NCBI GenBank assembly: GCA_964016885.1
Contig: OZ024750.1
Coordinates: 28,768,001 to 28,832,000, forward strand
From: Eledone cirrhosa
Lineage: Eukaryota
Direction: 5' to 3'
Length of the DNA: 64,000 nucleotides
Positions within the stretch are counted from its first letter, which is position 1, and every line of letters starts with the position of its first letter. Under the pieces are notes generated by a model. That model was not told the origin of the DNA, did not search any database, and worked only from the letters and a program-made list of their open reading frames with translations. Positions 15,315-30,242 of the stretch are shown piece by piece. The translations under genes and the position numbers were made by a program.

Positions 15315-15448
15315 GCCCCGGGAGGTGTTGAGGAGGTCCAGGAGGGTACTGGGGCCTAGGGGGGGTAGGGGTAGAGATGATATAATAATGTATTAAATAT
15401 CAAATGATATTACATATAAATTATATATTATATATAAATATAGTAAAA

Positions 15449-15508
<60 letters not shown>

Positions 15509-15511
<3 letters not shown>

Positions 15512-15731
15512 GGTGGACTGGTAGTATCGGTAGAGTGTCAGACACCATACTTTGCAGCATAGAGTTACGGCCCTTCATGTTCTGAGTTCAAATCCCGCCG
15601 AGGTTAACTTTGCCTTTCATCCTTACGGGAGTCGATAAAACGATAAAATAAAGCACCAGTAACATACTGGGGGTGATTTAATCGACTTTCCCCTCCCCCA
15701 AATTACTGGCCTTGTGCCTACACTAGAAATT
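15509..15731 (+). mobile_element. Near full-length tRNA-derived SINE with Nin/Deu domain
   Basis: gagttcaaatcccgccgaggttaactttgcctttcatccttacgggagtcgataaaa...accag...actggccttgtgccta. Confidence 0.85.
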
Positions 15732-15765
15732 ATTTAATATATATTATTTACAATTTGTGTGTAGA

Positions 15766-15852
15766 CAGGTTTCTCTGGAAATAGGGCTGGAGGCGCTGAG
15801 GGTATTACGTGGCTGTGAGGGGGCGGTGGCCCCGAAAGTTTGAGAACCTCTG
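15766..15852. mobile_element. Possible internally deleted hAT/Charlie-type MITE
   Basis: Ends caggtttctc and gagaacctctg are imperfectly inverted, with tagac-type flanks. Confidence 0.4.
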
Positions 15853-16322
15853 CTATAGACAATCTAGAAACGTTGCACCTGAGACAATCCAAGCATATGG
15901 AACGATTTCAATCGACATTGGTTCTGAAAGCAATACACACCTGAAATAATATATCTAGTTGGTTTCCGACAATGATCTTATAAAACTCGTATTATATTTT
16001 AATAAGACAGACACTTAGGATAATATACACTTAAAACAATAGGTGTAAATATATCACCAATCAGCGCCTGTCATTAACTCCTGTCGACAAACGTAACTTT
16101 TTATCAACCAGACAGCAATTGTCATCCAGGTGAACCGGAAACAGAGTTAAAGTTGTAAAACTAACACTGAGAAAACATAAACATTCCTGTATATGGTATA
16201 CAAAAGACCTTTAGACATTTGACCATATATTATATATATTGTCGCAGTAAAATGGCGTACGAATTTATCTCAACTTCTTGATACACCGCCAAACAGCAAG
16301 GATGTCGGTCATAAAAATAGTG

Positions 16323-16776
16323 ACAACAAAGAGAAGCGAAAACAGACTGAACAAAGTAGGTAATGCTAGCTCAAACTTAGATCAGGAGAGAACACTGCTT
16401 CCTAGAACGATTTCTTAAGCCAATTTCAAGACAATATTTATAACAAAGAGAAGCGAAAACTGACCAAAATAGGTAGTGTTAGCTCAAACTTCGATCACAC
16501 GACCCACTGCTTCCTAGACCGATTTCTTTAGCCAATTTAAAGACAATACTTACAACATAGAAAGGCGAAAACCGATCAAAGTACGTAAAGCAAGTTCATA
16601 TTTTGATCACACAATCCACTGCTTCCTAGAACGATTTCTTCAGCTAATTTAAAAACAATATTTACAACAAAGAGAAGCGAAAACCGACCAGAGTAGGTAA
16701 AGCTAGCTCATACTCCGATCACACAATCCACTGCTTCCTAGAACGATTTCTGCAGTCAATCAGAAGACAATACTTA
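16323..16776. repeat. Diverged ~112-bp tandem repeat, 4 copies
   Basis: cactgcttcctaga at about 16392, 16506, 16617 and 16729. Confidence 0.9.
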
Positions 16777-16964
16777 AACGGAAGATGCGCCATTTCAAAC
16801 GACCCAACAAACCAACTTCTATAGACATTATATAACTTCTAGTAGTCAGTTCTCGCGAAATATATAAATAAATATTGCCATGAAATTTATTAATGTACTG
16901 AAGGTCTAATGGTGATATCAGACAACAAACAAACCAGAACATTGTTCGACAGGAATATTTATGT

Positions 16965-17184
16965 TTAACCCTTTAACATTTACATTACTCTATATATACT
17001 ATTAAATTTTCTTGGTAAACACTTTATCATGAATAAATCTCACATAATATCGAATTTATGAGATTTTGATATTATTTATTTTGAGAACTTAACATCAGTA
17101 TGAGTGGGTAGCTAGAGACGTTTTGAACAGTAAGAAGTGAGAGAATTTTGGCCGGATACGGCCGGTTTAATGCTAAGGGGTTAA
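16965..17184. mobile_element. TTAA-flanked (piggyBac-type) MITE
   Basis: TTAA ccctttaacatt ... aatgctaagggg TTAA: imperfect terminal inverted repeats bounded by TTAA. Confidence 0.7.
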
Positions 17185-17374
17185 GGCATAGCAAACTTAT
17201 CCTGATGTAATAAAATATGTTACTCACATTGTAGACAACATATAGATGTATCGGTATGTGAAAAAAGATAATACAATACATCTTATAGTAACAACAATAT
17301 ATTAAAATCTATCAGAGTTAAGTATCGTCAAATATTGTACACCCTCAGAGGTAATAAGAAAGATTAAAAAACTG

Positions 17375-17424
<50 letters not shown>

Positions 17425-17567
17425 CGTGTTTTAATTTGTTTTGCGACATTTCTTATCTAAAAACGTATGTTGAAACAGATATTGTTATACTTTGGGAGGG
17501 TCATGTTTTCAATAGAATCCAACAGGTGCGTGTGTTTTTATTGGCAACATGACCCTCCCAAAGTATA

Positions 17568-17605
<38 letters not shown>

Positions 17606-17793
17606 CATTTTTTTTTAGTGTCTCTGAGGATAATTGAACAGGGTTTTAGACACTAGTAACATAATCACTACTATGTTAGTCATCGAACTCCGTCGATCAA
17701 TCGATCCTCTGAAACGATCGTAAAACAATGAACTAACTCTCTACCCACACCTGACTTCTGTTTTTATTGTTAAAATACACACGCACACACACA

Positions 17794-17955
<162 letters not shown>

Positions 17956-18145
17956 AACAATGAGTTATATGGTTTGTTGATTATTCAACAAAGTTAATTT
18001 TACAACAGATTAGAAGCACTCAACAATTTTATCTGGAGTTTCATTAATATTAAGAATATTAATAAATGGAAAATATCTTTATAAAACCATTGTGCTTATA
18101 CCATTAAGTTCACATGAAAATATGTCACTGTCTTAACACCAAATA

Positions 18146-18206
18146 TATTTTATCTGACGAAAGCGTATTTAAATATTGGTGCCTTTGAAATACGTATAAT
18201 AAAATA
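18146..18206 (+). ncRNA. Minimal type I hammerhead-like motif inside a fold-back island
   Basis: tattttat CTGACGA aag...cttt GAAA T ACGT A TA ataaaata. Stem I is 8 bp and the tetraloop ACGT is palindromic; flanks ~18043-18090 and ~18210-18256 are inverted. Confidence 0.72.
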
Positions 18207-18371
18207 AATATGGTTTCATAAAGATATTTTCCATTTATTAATATTCTTAATATTATATATATATATATATATATATTTATTATATAACAATAATAATAAC
18301 AATAATAATATGTATGTATCGAAATTGTAGCAACAATATAGCAGATGCCAGTATATATATATATATGTGTG

Positions 18372-18408
<37 letters not shown>

Positions 18409-18420
18409 TTGTGAGTATGT

Positions 18421-18622
18421 ATGTATAAATATTTCGTATCTCCAAAGAAATACAGTTTTAGGAAGCCGTAGCTATGCAAACAGCCTGAAATGCATAGACG
18501 GTTGTCCCCCTTGCTTTTGCTGGACATCACCAGAGGGTGCTAGCCCCCCCCCCCCCCCCGTGTTTGCATAGCTACGGCTTCCTAAAACTGTATTTCTTTG
18601 GAGATACGAAATATTTATACAT
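18421..18622. repeat. ~62-bp perfect inverted repeat with ~78-bp spacer
   Basis: atgtataaatatttcg...gctatgcaaaca and tgtttgcatagc...cgaaatatttatacat. Confidence 0.92.
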
Positions 18623-18642
18623 ATTGAAGCGAAATCCTATTT

Positions 18643-18812
<170 letters not shown>

Positions 18813-18920
18813 CATATATATATATATATGATGACCTAATAGCTAGTTACTTGGGAGTTTCACAGACGTGCTGCCGATTCCCCAGACAGGAAAACTATTA
18901 ATTAGATGTCTGAGAGAGAC

Positions 18921-18982
<62 letters not shown>

Positions 18983-19021
18983 CCATATCTATTAATCTTT
19001 GTATCATACTATATTCATGTT

Positions 19022-19075
<54 letters not shown>

Positions 19076-19462
19076 CCTCTCTCTCTCTCTTCCCCCTCCA
19101 TCATTCTCTCTCTTCCTCCCTCCATCATTCTTTCTCTTACTTCCTCCATCATTCTCTCTCTCTCTTCTCACTCCATCATTCTCTCTCTCTCTTCTCACTC
19201 TCACTCACTCACTCACTCACTCTCACTCTCTCTGCCCCTCCATCTCTCTCCCGCCATCTCTCTCCCGCCATCTCTCTCCCGCCATCTCTCTCTATCTCTC
19301 TATCTCTCTATCTCTCTCTATCTATCTCTCTATCTCTCTATCTATCTATCTATCTATCTATCTCTCTGTTACATCGTAATATATTCAACAGTTCATTAAG
19401 TACATATATTTCGACATATTTATTCATCATATTGCTTTGGTGCCGCTAGTCTCCATCGTTTT

Positions 19463-22400
19463 CCACCACCACCACTACCACCACTACCACCACCACCACC
19501 ACCACCACCACCACCACCACCACCACCACCACCACCACCACCACTACCAACACCACCACCACTACCACCACTACCACCACCACCACCACTACCACCACCA
19601 CCACCACCACTACCACTACCACCACCACTACCACCACCACCACCACCACTACCACCACCACCACCACCACCACCACCACCACCACCACCACCACCACCAC
19701 CATCACCACTACCACCACCACTACCACCACCACCACCACCACCACCACCACTACCACTACCACTACCACCACCACTACCACCACTACCACCACAACCACC
19801 ACTACCACCACCAATACCACCACCACCACCACCACCACTACCACCACCACCACCATCACCACTACCACCACCACTAACAACACCACCACCACCACCACCA
19901 ACACCAACACCACCACCACCACCACCACTACCACCACCACCACCACCACCACTACCACCACCACCACCACCACCACCACCACCACCACCACCACCATCAC
20001 CACTACCACCACCACCACCACCACCACCACTACCACCACCACTACCAACACCACCACCACCACCACTACCACCACCACTACCAACACCACCACCACCATC
20101 ACCACTACCACCACCACCACCACCAACACCACTACCAGTACCACCACCACCACTACCACCACCACCACCATCACCACTACCACCACCACTACCACCACCA
20201 CCACCACCACCACTACCACCACCACCACCACCACCACTACCACCACCACCACCATCACCACTACCACCACCACTACCACCACCACCACCACCACTACCAC
20301 CACCACTACCACCACCACTACCACCACCACCACCATCACCACTACCACCACCACTACCACCACCACTACCACCACCACTACCACCACCACCACCACCACC
20401 ACTACCACCACCACCACCACCACCACCACTACCACCACCACCATCACCACTACCACCACCACTACCAACACCACCACCACCACCACCAACACCACCACCA
20501 CCACCACCACCACCACCACCACTAACACCACCACTACCACTACCACCACCACCACTACCACCACCACTACCACCACCCACCACCACCACTACCACCACTA
20601 CCACCACCACCACCACCACTACCAACACTACCACCAACACCACCAACACCACGACCACCACCACCACCACCACCACCACTACTACCACCACCACTACCAA
20701 CACCACTACCACCACCACCACCACCACCACTACCAACACCACCACCACCACCACCACCACTACCACCACCACCACCACCACCACCACCACCACTACCAAC
20801 ACCACCACCACCACTACCAACACCACCACCACCAGCACCACCACCACCACTACCAACACCACCACCACCACCACTACCACCACCACTACCAACACCACCA
20901 CCACCACCACTACCAACACCACCACCACCACCACCACCACCACCACCACCACCACTACCAACACCACCACCACCACTACCACCACCACCACCACCACCAC
21001 CACCACCACCACCACTACCACCACCACTACCACTACCACCACCACCACTACCACCACCACTACCACCACCACCACCACCACTACCACCACTACCACCACC
21101 ACCACCACCACTACCAACACCACCACCAACACCACCACCACCACCACTACCACCACCACTACCACACCACCACCACCACCACTACCAACACCACCACCAC
21201 CACTACCAACACCACCACCACCACCACCACCACTACCACCACCACCACCACCACCACCACCACCACCACCACCACCACCACCATCACCACTACCACCACC
21301 ACTACCACCACCACCACCACCACCACCACCACTACCACTACCACTACCACCACCACTACCACCACCACTACCACCACCACCACCACCACCACCACCACTA
21401 CCACTACCACTACCACCACCACTACCACCACTACCACCACAACCACCACTACCACCACCAATACCACCACCACACCACCACCACTACCACCACCACCACC
21501 ATCACCACTACCACCACCACTAACAACACCACCACCACCACCACCAACACCAACACCACCACCACCACCACCACTACCACCACCACCACCACCACCACTA
21601 CCACCACCACCACCACCACCACCACCACCACCACCACCACCATCACCACTACCACCACCACCACCACCACCACTACCACCACCACTACCAACACCACCAC
21701 CACCACCACTACCACCACCACTACCAACACCACCACCACCATCACCACTACCACCACCACCACCACCAACACCACTACCAGTACCACCACCACCACTACC
21801 ACCACCACCACCATCACCACTACCACCACCACTACCACCACCACCACCACCACCACTACCACCACCACCACCACCACCACTACCACCACCACCACCATCA
21901 CCACTACCACCACCACTACCACCACCACCACCACCACTACCACCACCACTACCACCACCACTACCACCACCACCACCACACCACTACCACCACCACTACC
22001 ACCACCACTACCACCACCACTACCACCACCACCACCACCACTACCACCACCACCACCACCACCACCACTACCACCACCACCATCACCACTACCACCACCA
22101 CTACCAACACCACCACCACACCACCAACACCACCACCACCACCACCACCACCACCACCACACTACCACCACCACCACTACCACTACCACCACCACCACTA
22201 CCACCACCACTACCACCACCACCACCACCACTACCACCACTACCACCACCACCACCACCACTACCAACACTACCACCAACACCACCAACACCACGACCAC
22301 CACCACCACCACCACCACCACCACCACTACTACCACCACCACTACCAACACCACTACCACCACCACCACCACCACCACTACCAACACCACCACCACCACC

Positions 22401-24703
22401 ACCACCACTACCACCACCACCACCACCACCACCACCACCACTACCAACACCACCACCACCACTACCAACACCACCACCACCAGCACCACCACCACCACTA
22501 CCAACACCACCACCACCACCACTACCACCACCACTACCAACACCACCACCACCACCACTACCAACACCACCACCACCACCACCACCACCACCACCACCAC
22601 CACTACCAACACCACCACCACCACTACCACCACCACCACCACCACCACCACCACCACCACTACCACCACCACTACCACTACCACCACCACCACTACCACC
22701 ACCACTACCACCACCACCACCACCACTACCACCACTACCACCACCACCACCACCACTACCAACACCACCACCAACACCACCACCACCACCACTACCACCA
22801 CCACTACCAACACCACCACCACCACCACTACCAACACCACCACCACCACTACCAACACCACCACCACCAGCACCACCACCACCACTACCAACACCACCAC
22901 CACCACCACCACCACCACCACCACCACCACTACTACCACCACCACTACCAACACCACTACCACCACCACCACCACCACCACTACCAACACCACCACCACC
23001 ACCACCACCACCACCACCACTACCACCACCACCACCACCACTACCAACACCACCACCAACACCACCACCACCACCACTACCACCACCACTACCAACACCA
23101 CCACCACCACCACTACCAACACCACCACCACCACTACCAACACCACCACCACCACTACCAACACCACCACCACCAGCACCACCACCACCACTACCAACAC
23201 CACCACCACCACCACCACCACCACCACCACCACCACTACTACCACCACCACTACCAACACCACTACCACCACCACCACCACCACCACTACCAACACCACC
23301 ACCACCACCACCACCACCACCACCACCACCACCACTACCAACACCACCACCACCACTACCAACACCACCACCACCAGCACCACCACCACCACTACCAACA
23401 CCACCACCACCACCACCACCACCACCACCACCACCACCACCACCACCACTACCAACACCACCACCACCACCACCACCACTACCACCACCACCACCACCAC
23501 CACCACCACCACCACCACTACCAACACCACCACCACCACTACCAACACCACCACCACCAGCACCACCACCACCACTACCAACACCACCACCACCACCACT
23601 ACCACCACCACTACCAACACCACCACCACCACCACTACCAACACCACCACCACCACCACCACCACCACCACCACCACCACCACCACCACTACCAACACCA
23701 CCACCACCACCACCACCACCACCACCACCACCACCACCACCACCACCAACACCACCACCACCACTACCAACACCACCACCACCACCACTACCACCACCAC
23801 TACCAACACCACCACCACCACCACTACCACCACCACTACCAACACCACCACCACCACCACTACCAACACCACCACCACCACCACCACCACCACCACCACC
23901 ACCACCACCACCACCAACACCACCACCACCACTACCAACACCACCACCACCACCACTACCACCACCACTACCAACACCACCACCACCACCACTACCACCA
24001 CCACTACCAACACCACCACCACCACCACCACCACCACCACCACCACCACCACCACCACCACTACCAACACCACCACCACCACCACCACCACCACCACCAC
24101 CACCACCACCACCACCACCAACACCACCACCACCACTACCAACACCACCACCACCACCACTACCACCACCACTACCAACACCACCACCACCACTACCACC
24201 ACCACTACCAACACCACCACCACCACCACTACCACCACCACTACCACCACCACTACCACCACCACCACCACCACCACTACCACCACCACCACCACCACCA
24301 CTACCACCACCACCATCACCACTACCACCACCACTACCAACACCACCACCACCACCACTACCACCACCACTACCAACACCACCACCACCACCACTACCAA
24401 CACCACCACCACCACCACCACCACCACCACCACCACCACCACCACCACCACTACCAACACCACCACCACCACCACCACCACCACCACCACCACCACCACC
24501 ACCAACACCAACACCACCACCACCACCACCACCACCACCACTACCACCACCACTACCACTACCACCACCACCACTACCACCACCACTACCACCACCACCA
24601 CCACCACTACCACCACTACCACCACCACCACCACCACTACCACCACCACTACCAACACCACCACCACCACCACTACCACCACCACTACCAACACCACCAC
24701 CAC
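19463..24703. repeat. 5.2-kb imperfect (CCA)n trinucleotide tract
   Basis: CCA with CTA, CAA, CAT and CAG interruptions and several phase slips. Confidence 0.97.
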
Positions 24704-24774
<71 letters not shown>

Positions 24775-24932
24775 GTATATATATAAATATATGTATATAT
24801 ATATATATGTATATATATATGTATATATATATATATATGTATATATATATGTATATATATATATGTATATATGTATGTATATATATATATATATATGTAT
24901 GTATATATATATATATATATATGTATGTATAT

Positions 24933-25013
<81 letters not shown>

Positions 25014-25321
25014 GTGTGTTTCAGTAATGATGGCACCAATCACAGGAAGAGGACGGAATGAACTTTCCTAATCATTAATTACATTAAATTGTGTGTAATA
25101 AAAACAATCCACTACATCCATCACCATGGCAACATTTTCAACACACCACCTCCACTAATTAGTTCCCCGACCCCTTCACTACAGATTCAAGTATTGGGTG
25201 TGTAGGTCCTTACGTGAGGACTTCGGCTTTTGTTGGTCTTGAGATATCCTAGAGTTTTTTAGATTCTAGGATGTTTAGTTTGTATCTCCAGAGATGTGTG
25301 TCATGTTTTTACCGAGATAAT

Positions 25322-25725
25322 GAGGGGGAGAGGGAGAGGGATAGAGGGAGAGAGTGATAGGAGAGTGAGAGGGAGAGGGATAGAGGGAGAGAGTGATAGG
25401 AGAGTGAGAGAAAGAGAGTGAGAGAAGGAGAGTGAGAGGAGAGTGAGAGAAGGAGAGTGAGAGGAGAGAAAGAGTGAGAGGAGAGAAGGAGAGAAAGAGG
25501 AAGAGAGAGGGAGAGAAAGAGGAGGAGAGAGGGAGAAAGAGAGTGAGAGAAGGAGAAGAGAGAAGGAGAGTGAGAGGAGGAGAGAAGGAGAGTGAGAGAA
25601 GGAGAGTGAGAGGAGAGCGAGAGGAGGAGAGGAGAGAACGAGAATGAGAGAAGGAGAGTGAGAGGAGGAGAGAAGGAGAGAGTGAGAGAAGGAGAGGAGA
25701 GGAGAGAAAGAGAGCGAGGGGGGAT
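25322..25725. repeat. GA-rich low-complexity tract
   Basis: Direct reading. Confidence 0.9.
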
Positions 25726-25751
25726 GAAAGATAAAGATTTTGAGTGGGAAA

Positions 25752-26390
25752 ATAATTGTTTCTACTTTTGGCACAAGGCCAGCAATTATCGCAGTACATT
25801 ACTGGTACTTTATTTTATATTTTTCTCCCCAAACTACCAAGACACACATCTATTTGTATATACGCTACAATTTATGTACGCGTTTTGTTTATCGCATATC
25901 AAAGTTTTTTTTTTATATCTTGGTTAATATTTGATAATAATTGTTTCTACTATTGGCACAAGGCCAGCAATTACCCAGTACATTACTGGTACTTTATTTT
26001 ATCGACCCCGTAAAGATGAATGAAAGGCAAAGTTAACCTCGGCGTGATTTGAACTCAGAATGACAAAGGCATGGCGTCCGACCCCCTACCGATACTGCCA
26101 ATTCACCTTTGATAATAATTGTTTCTACTTTTGGCACAAGGCCAGCAATTACCCAGTACCAGTACATTACTGGTACTTTATTTTATCGAGCCCGTATGGA
26201 TGAAAGGCAAAGTTAACCTCGGCGGGATTTGAACTCAGATCGTAAAGGGACGTAACTCTATCCTAGAAAGCATGTCCGACCATCTACCGATACTGCCAAT
26301 TCACCTTTGATAATAATTATTTCTACTTTAGGCACAAGGCCAGCAATTACCCAGTGCATTACTGGTACTTTATTTTATCGACCCCGTAAG
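25752..26390 (-). mobile_element. Cluster of four Nin/Deu-type SINE copies, three of them head-to-tail
   Basis: ataattgtttctacttttggcacaaggccagcaatta at about 25752, 25938, 26115 and 26314. Confidence 0.85.
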
Positions 26391-26710
26391 CATTCATAGT
26401 AAATATTTTGTCATGTCATAACTTTTTCTCCACATATCACTATTTGCCAATTGCTAGTAAATGTATTCAAAGACAGACTTCAGAGGTCATTTTACTATAG
26501 TCACTTTATAATTATTGAAAGCTGTAAATGTAGTAAGACCTGATTGAACTCAAATTGCATTTTCTGACTATTTTAAAGTGCAAAGGGCTAAACTAATCAC
26601 TACAACTAATTAATCACTACAACTAATTAATCACTACAACAAATTTGGCAATCCCTTAAATCAGAAATGCTTCCACAGCCCCTGATATGTATGTATGTAA
26701 GTATGTATAT

Positions 26711-27084
26711 ATTCTAGGAGAAGGAAAACTCTGATATAGCACCTGCAACTCTGATGGTATCCAATGATGTTGACTTGTTATTCTTTTTGGTAAATATTAT
26801 CTTGGTTAAGAGAGTGGGACTGGCTTTGTGCAGTGCCTTTGCTCACTATAAAAGCTTCACGGCACAGGCATTGCTTTATATCTGGAGATCTCTCTGCACT
26901 TGTCGTCACATGGTACCATGGGCCCAGCACAATATGTCAATAATTGTCACAAGTGTAGTGTTTGTACCAGAGTTTTCAAATCGCTGGCTGGACTAAAAAG
27001 TCGCACTCGTTCAGTGCATCGGTAGGGGTTCTCCTACATGGATATAAAGTAGTGGCCGTACTCGAAAACGAGTTGGCAGCCACC
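26711..27084 (+). mobile_element. Non-autonomous RTE-derived element, truncated copy
   Basis: Near-identical to 34611-34984. Carries ctaggagaaggaaaactctg and a CHKC...RVFKSLAGLKSRTRSVHR-stop remnant; (ATGT)n-like flanks. Confidence 0.75.
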
Positions 27085-27362
27085 ATGTATGCATGTATAT
27101 GTGTTTGCTTCTTCGTGTGTGTTCTCAGGGAGTGGAAGGGGTTTGAAGAAAGTGAGCAGAGGGAGGGGAAAACTTGAATTGATTTGTAGAAAATATTTTA
27201 GGTAAACTTTAATTATAGCCAGAAGGGAAGAGAAGGAAAACAAATAGTCCCTAACTGTTAATGGAGTCGTACGGGCGTCATCCTGCTATACGGCGTCTGG
27301 TGCATTTAAAACCTGATGGAGCTTATCTCTGACTAGATCTGAACAAAGGTAAGTTCTTCCAG

Positions 27363-28062
27363 CGAGAGAGGGGGGGGGGGAGAGAGAGAGAGGGGGAAGG
27401 GCAGAGAGAGTGAGTGAGGGAAGAGGGAGATAGAGAGGGGGATGGAGGGAAAGGGAGAAAGACACAAGCATATATGAACACTGTTATTTCTTCCTGAAAA
27501 AAAAAATAGGAGGGGGGGGGGGAGTCTCAGAGTGAGGGGAAACAGAGAGGGATGGGTGGAGAGAGGGGCCAAAGAGAGAAAGACAGAGAGGGATGGGTAG
27601 AGAGAGGAGACAGAGAGGGAGGGAGAAAAAAAGGGAGAGATGAGACACAAAGAGAAAGAGAAAGAGAGGGAGATATGGGACAGAGGGCGGGGACAGAGAG
27701 AGGGGGGTAGAAGGAGTGGAGAGAAAGAGATGGATAGAGAGAGGAGACAGAAAGGGAAAGACAGAGATGGGACAGTGGGTGGGGACAGAGAGAGGGGCCA
27801 AAGAGAGAAAGACAGAGAGGGATGGGTAGAGAGAGGAGACAGAGAGGGAGAGAAAAAAAGGGAGTGATGAGACACAAAGAGAGAGAGAAAGAGAGGGAGA
27901 TATGGGACAGAGGGCGGGGATAGAGAGAGGGGGGTAGAAGGAGAGGAGAGAAAGAGATGGATAGAGAGAGGAGACAGAAAGGGAAAGACAGAGATGGGAC
28001 AGTGGGTGGGGACAGAGTGAGAAAGGGGGATGGGTAGAAAGAGGTAAGAGAGAGAGAGAGAC
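27363..28062. repeat. GA-rich tract with ~228-bp internal tandem duplication
   Basis: gacacaaagag at 27644 and 27871; gggacagtgggt at about 27769 and 27996. Confidence 0.85.
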
Positions 28063-28540
28063 AAATCAGTGATGTAATCGAAGTAACATGAGGTATTTCC
28101 CGGACGCTCTACCGATTCAGTCAATTGACTGAGCCGTAAATTTAATGCATTGGGGGAAAAATTAATTAAATATATAATTACTTCATTTATTTCTAAGGAA
28201 ATTAGTAATTTCAGTGAAGGGGTCTACTGCACTTTCTACCTTAATAAAATATGTTTAGGGTTTAGAAAAGGGCCATAGAGAATTACACATGATATAGTGA
28301 GTTCTCTTGTACAGACCACATTACACCTACACACTCACATATACTCACACGTATAGTCTCACTCACACACTCATTCATAAACTTACACACACACACACAC
28401 ATGTGTGTGTGTGTGTAAATATATATGTGTGTATGTAAATATATATGTGTGTGTGTAAATTTATATATGTATGTGTGTGTAAATATGTGTGTATATATAT
28501 ATGTGCATGTGTGTAAATTTATATATATGTGTGTGCGTAA

Positions 28541-28609
<69 letters not shown>

Positions 28610-28658
28610 TAAACAAATAATGAACAAACAATTCCTTATATTAAACAAAAAAGTTCAC

Positions 28659-28803
28659 TATTTAACGATCGTTTCTAGGGTATATATGTGTTATAATTGG
28701 TATGCATATTTAACAGATCTATGTACAAAATTATACAAAATTATACAAATTATCAAGATTAAATATACATACCTAACTCATATATACGCCGTCTTCAGAA
28801 ATA
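28659..28803 (-). ncRNA. Minimal type I hammerhead-like motif with a long stem II loop
   Basis: Minus strand reads tattt CTGAAGA cggcgtata...tatacccta GAAA CG AT CG TT aaata; palindrome ACGATCGT. 20-bp inverted flanks at 28601-28620 and 28810-28829. Confidence 0.62.
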
Positions 28804-29208
28804 ATTATTTTATTTGTTTAATATTTTATCTTGACTCTGTATACCGTTTATCTTTCACCGAAATTGGATTTTCATTACATCTCTTCTTTCCATGATATCC
28901 GGAATACATTGAGTTCTTCATACGGATTGGACACTACCGTAAACTCTTGGTAGATTTATCTACATATATATATATATATATAAGTTTAACCCTGGCTCAA
29001 TCGGGGGTAACCACAGTAAGTAAGGTACTCAATACATAGCAGAGTATAAATATTTAATATAGAAATGGCTTCTACAGGACTAGTACTGTTTCATTAGGGA
29101 GAAAACAGTTCTAGTTCGGTAGAAGCCATTTCTATATTAAATATATGTATGTGTATATATATATATATATATTTAATATATATATAGTAATAATAATAAA
29201 TTTCAAGA

Positions 29209-29252
<44 letters not shown>

Positions 29253-29440
29253 GGTTTGTTGGTTCACCACTGGATAGAACTGGTCATTCCGTATAGTCAA
29301 CCTTGATGTAATATTAGGGAGAGCACTCGACGTAATGCAACTCATCCGTCTTCTTTTGTGTTGTTAGTGGTGCGAGTACGGAGTTAATTATTATAAAATA
29401 ACAGGAGGCTGGACTGGTGTAATTCATTGAAAGTTTTATT

Positions 29441-29498
29441 ATACTATGAACATTTCAATGACCGGGTTCAGTATGAATCCGGTGACATCATCAGGTAT
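29441..29498 (-). ncRNA. Minimal type I hammerhead-like motif
   Basis: Minus strand reads atac CTGATGA tgtcaccggattca tac tgaacccggtcatt GAAA TG TT CA TA gtat. Confidence 0.65.
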
Positions 29499-29603
29499 TC
29501 CAAATTTAACAAAGGAATATAAAAGACACAATCCATGGGGCTGAAAAGGCAGAGAGACAAGAAGGCGGCCAAACATTTAGCAGTTTCTAGTCCGGCCTTT
29601 ATA

Positions 29604-29888
29604 TCATCATCATCATCATCATCATCATTTTACGTCCGCTTTTCCCTGCTTGCAAGGGTGGGACAGCTTGATTTCTACAGCTGGATGCCCTTCTTAACAC
29701 CAACCTCATTTACACCTCCACGACCACTTTACAGTGGAATGATATGGACCCCAGTCCCTATCATCTCATTTCTACAGCTGAGTAAACTGGAGCAATGTGA
29801 AATAAAGTGTCTTGCTCAAGGAAACAACACATCACCCGGTCTGTTCGATTGCAAGGCCAATGCTCTAACCACTAAGTCATGTGCCTCC

Positions 29889-29890
<2 letters not shown>
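29604..29890 (-). mobile_element. tRNA-derived CORE-like SINE with (TGA)n tail
   Basis: ctcatttctacagctgagtaaactggagcaatgtgaaataaagtgtcttgctcaagg is shared with 8395-8455; (tca)n tract at 29604-29627. Confidence 0.75.
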
Positions 29891-29956
<66 letters not shown>

Positions 29957-30109
29957 AGGTGAGTTTTATTGTAGTACAATAAAGCAATGCAGATATCGGA
30001 TAAGAAGCACTCTACAGTTTGTAGGACTGGAGTATACATAATATATAAGAATGTTGATTTAAAACTGCACTATCCACATGTGTTTTTTAACCTTCATATC
30101 ATGTCTTCC

Positions 30110-30180
30110 TATTTTATCTGATGAAAACACAAATATTATTGCATGATGATATTTGTTTTTGAAATGCGCATAATAAAATA
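30110..30180 (+). ncRNA. Well-preserved minimal type I hammerhead
   Basis: tattttat CTGATGA aaacacaaatattat...atgatatttgttttt GAAA TG CG CA TA ataaaata. Stem I 8 bp, stem II ~15 bp, palindrome ATGCGCAT; predicted cut after 30172. Confidence 0.78.
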
Positions 30181-30242
30181 CATGGAACTCTTTTAACCAT
30201 CTTTTGTTCTTATATATATATATATATAATATATATATATAT

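Noticed and set aside
19420-25043. Gly-rich, Val-rich and His-rich ORFs of 376-1196 aa
   Set aside because: They are translations of (TGG)n. There are several frame slips, changes fall at Gly codon positions 1-2 while position 3 is fixed, and the N-termini are (TA)n translations.
27260-27354. Strong donor AAAG/GTAAGT
   Set aside because: All three upstream frames contain stops within ~60 nt and there is no clear acceptor; at most a non-coding exon.
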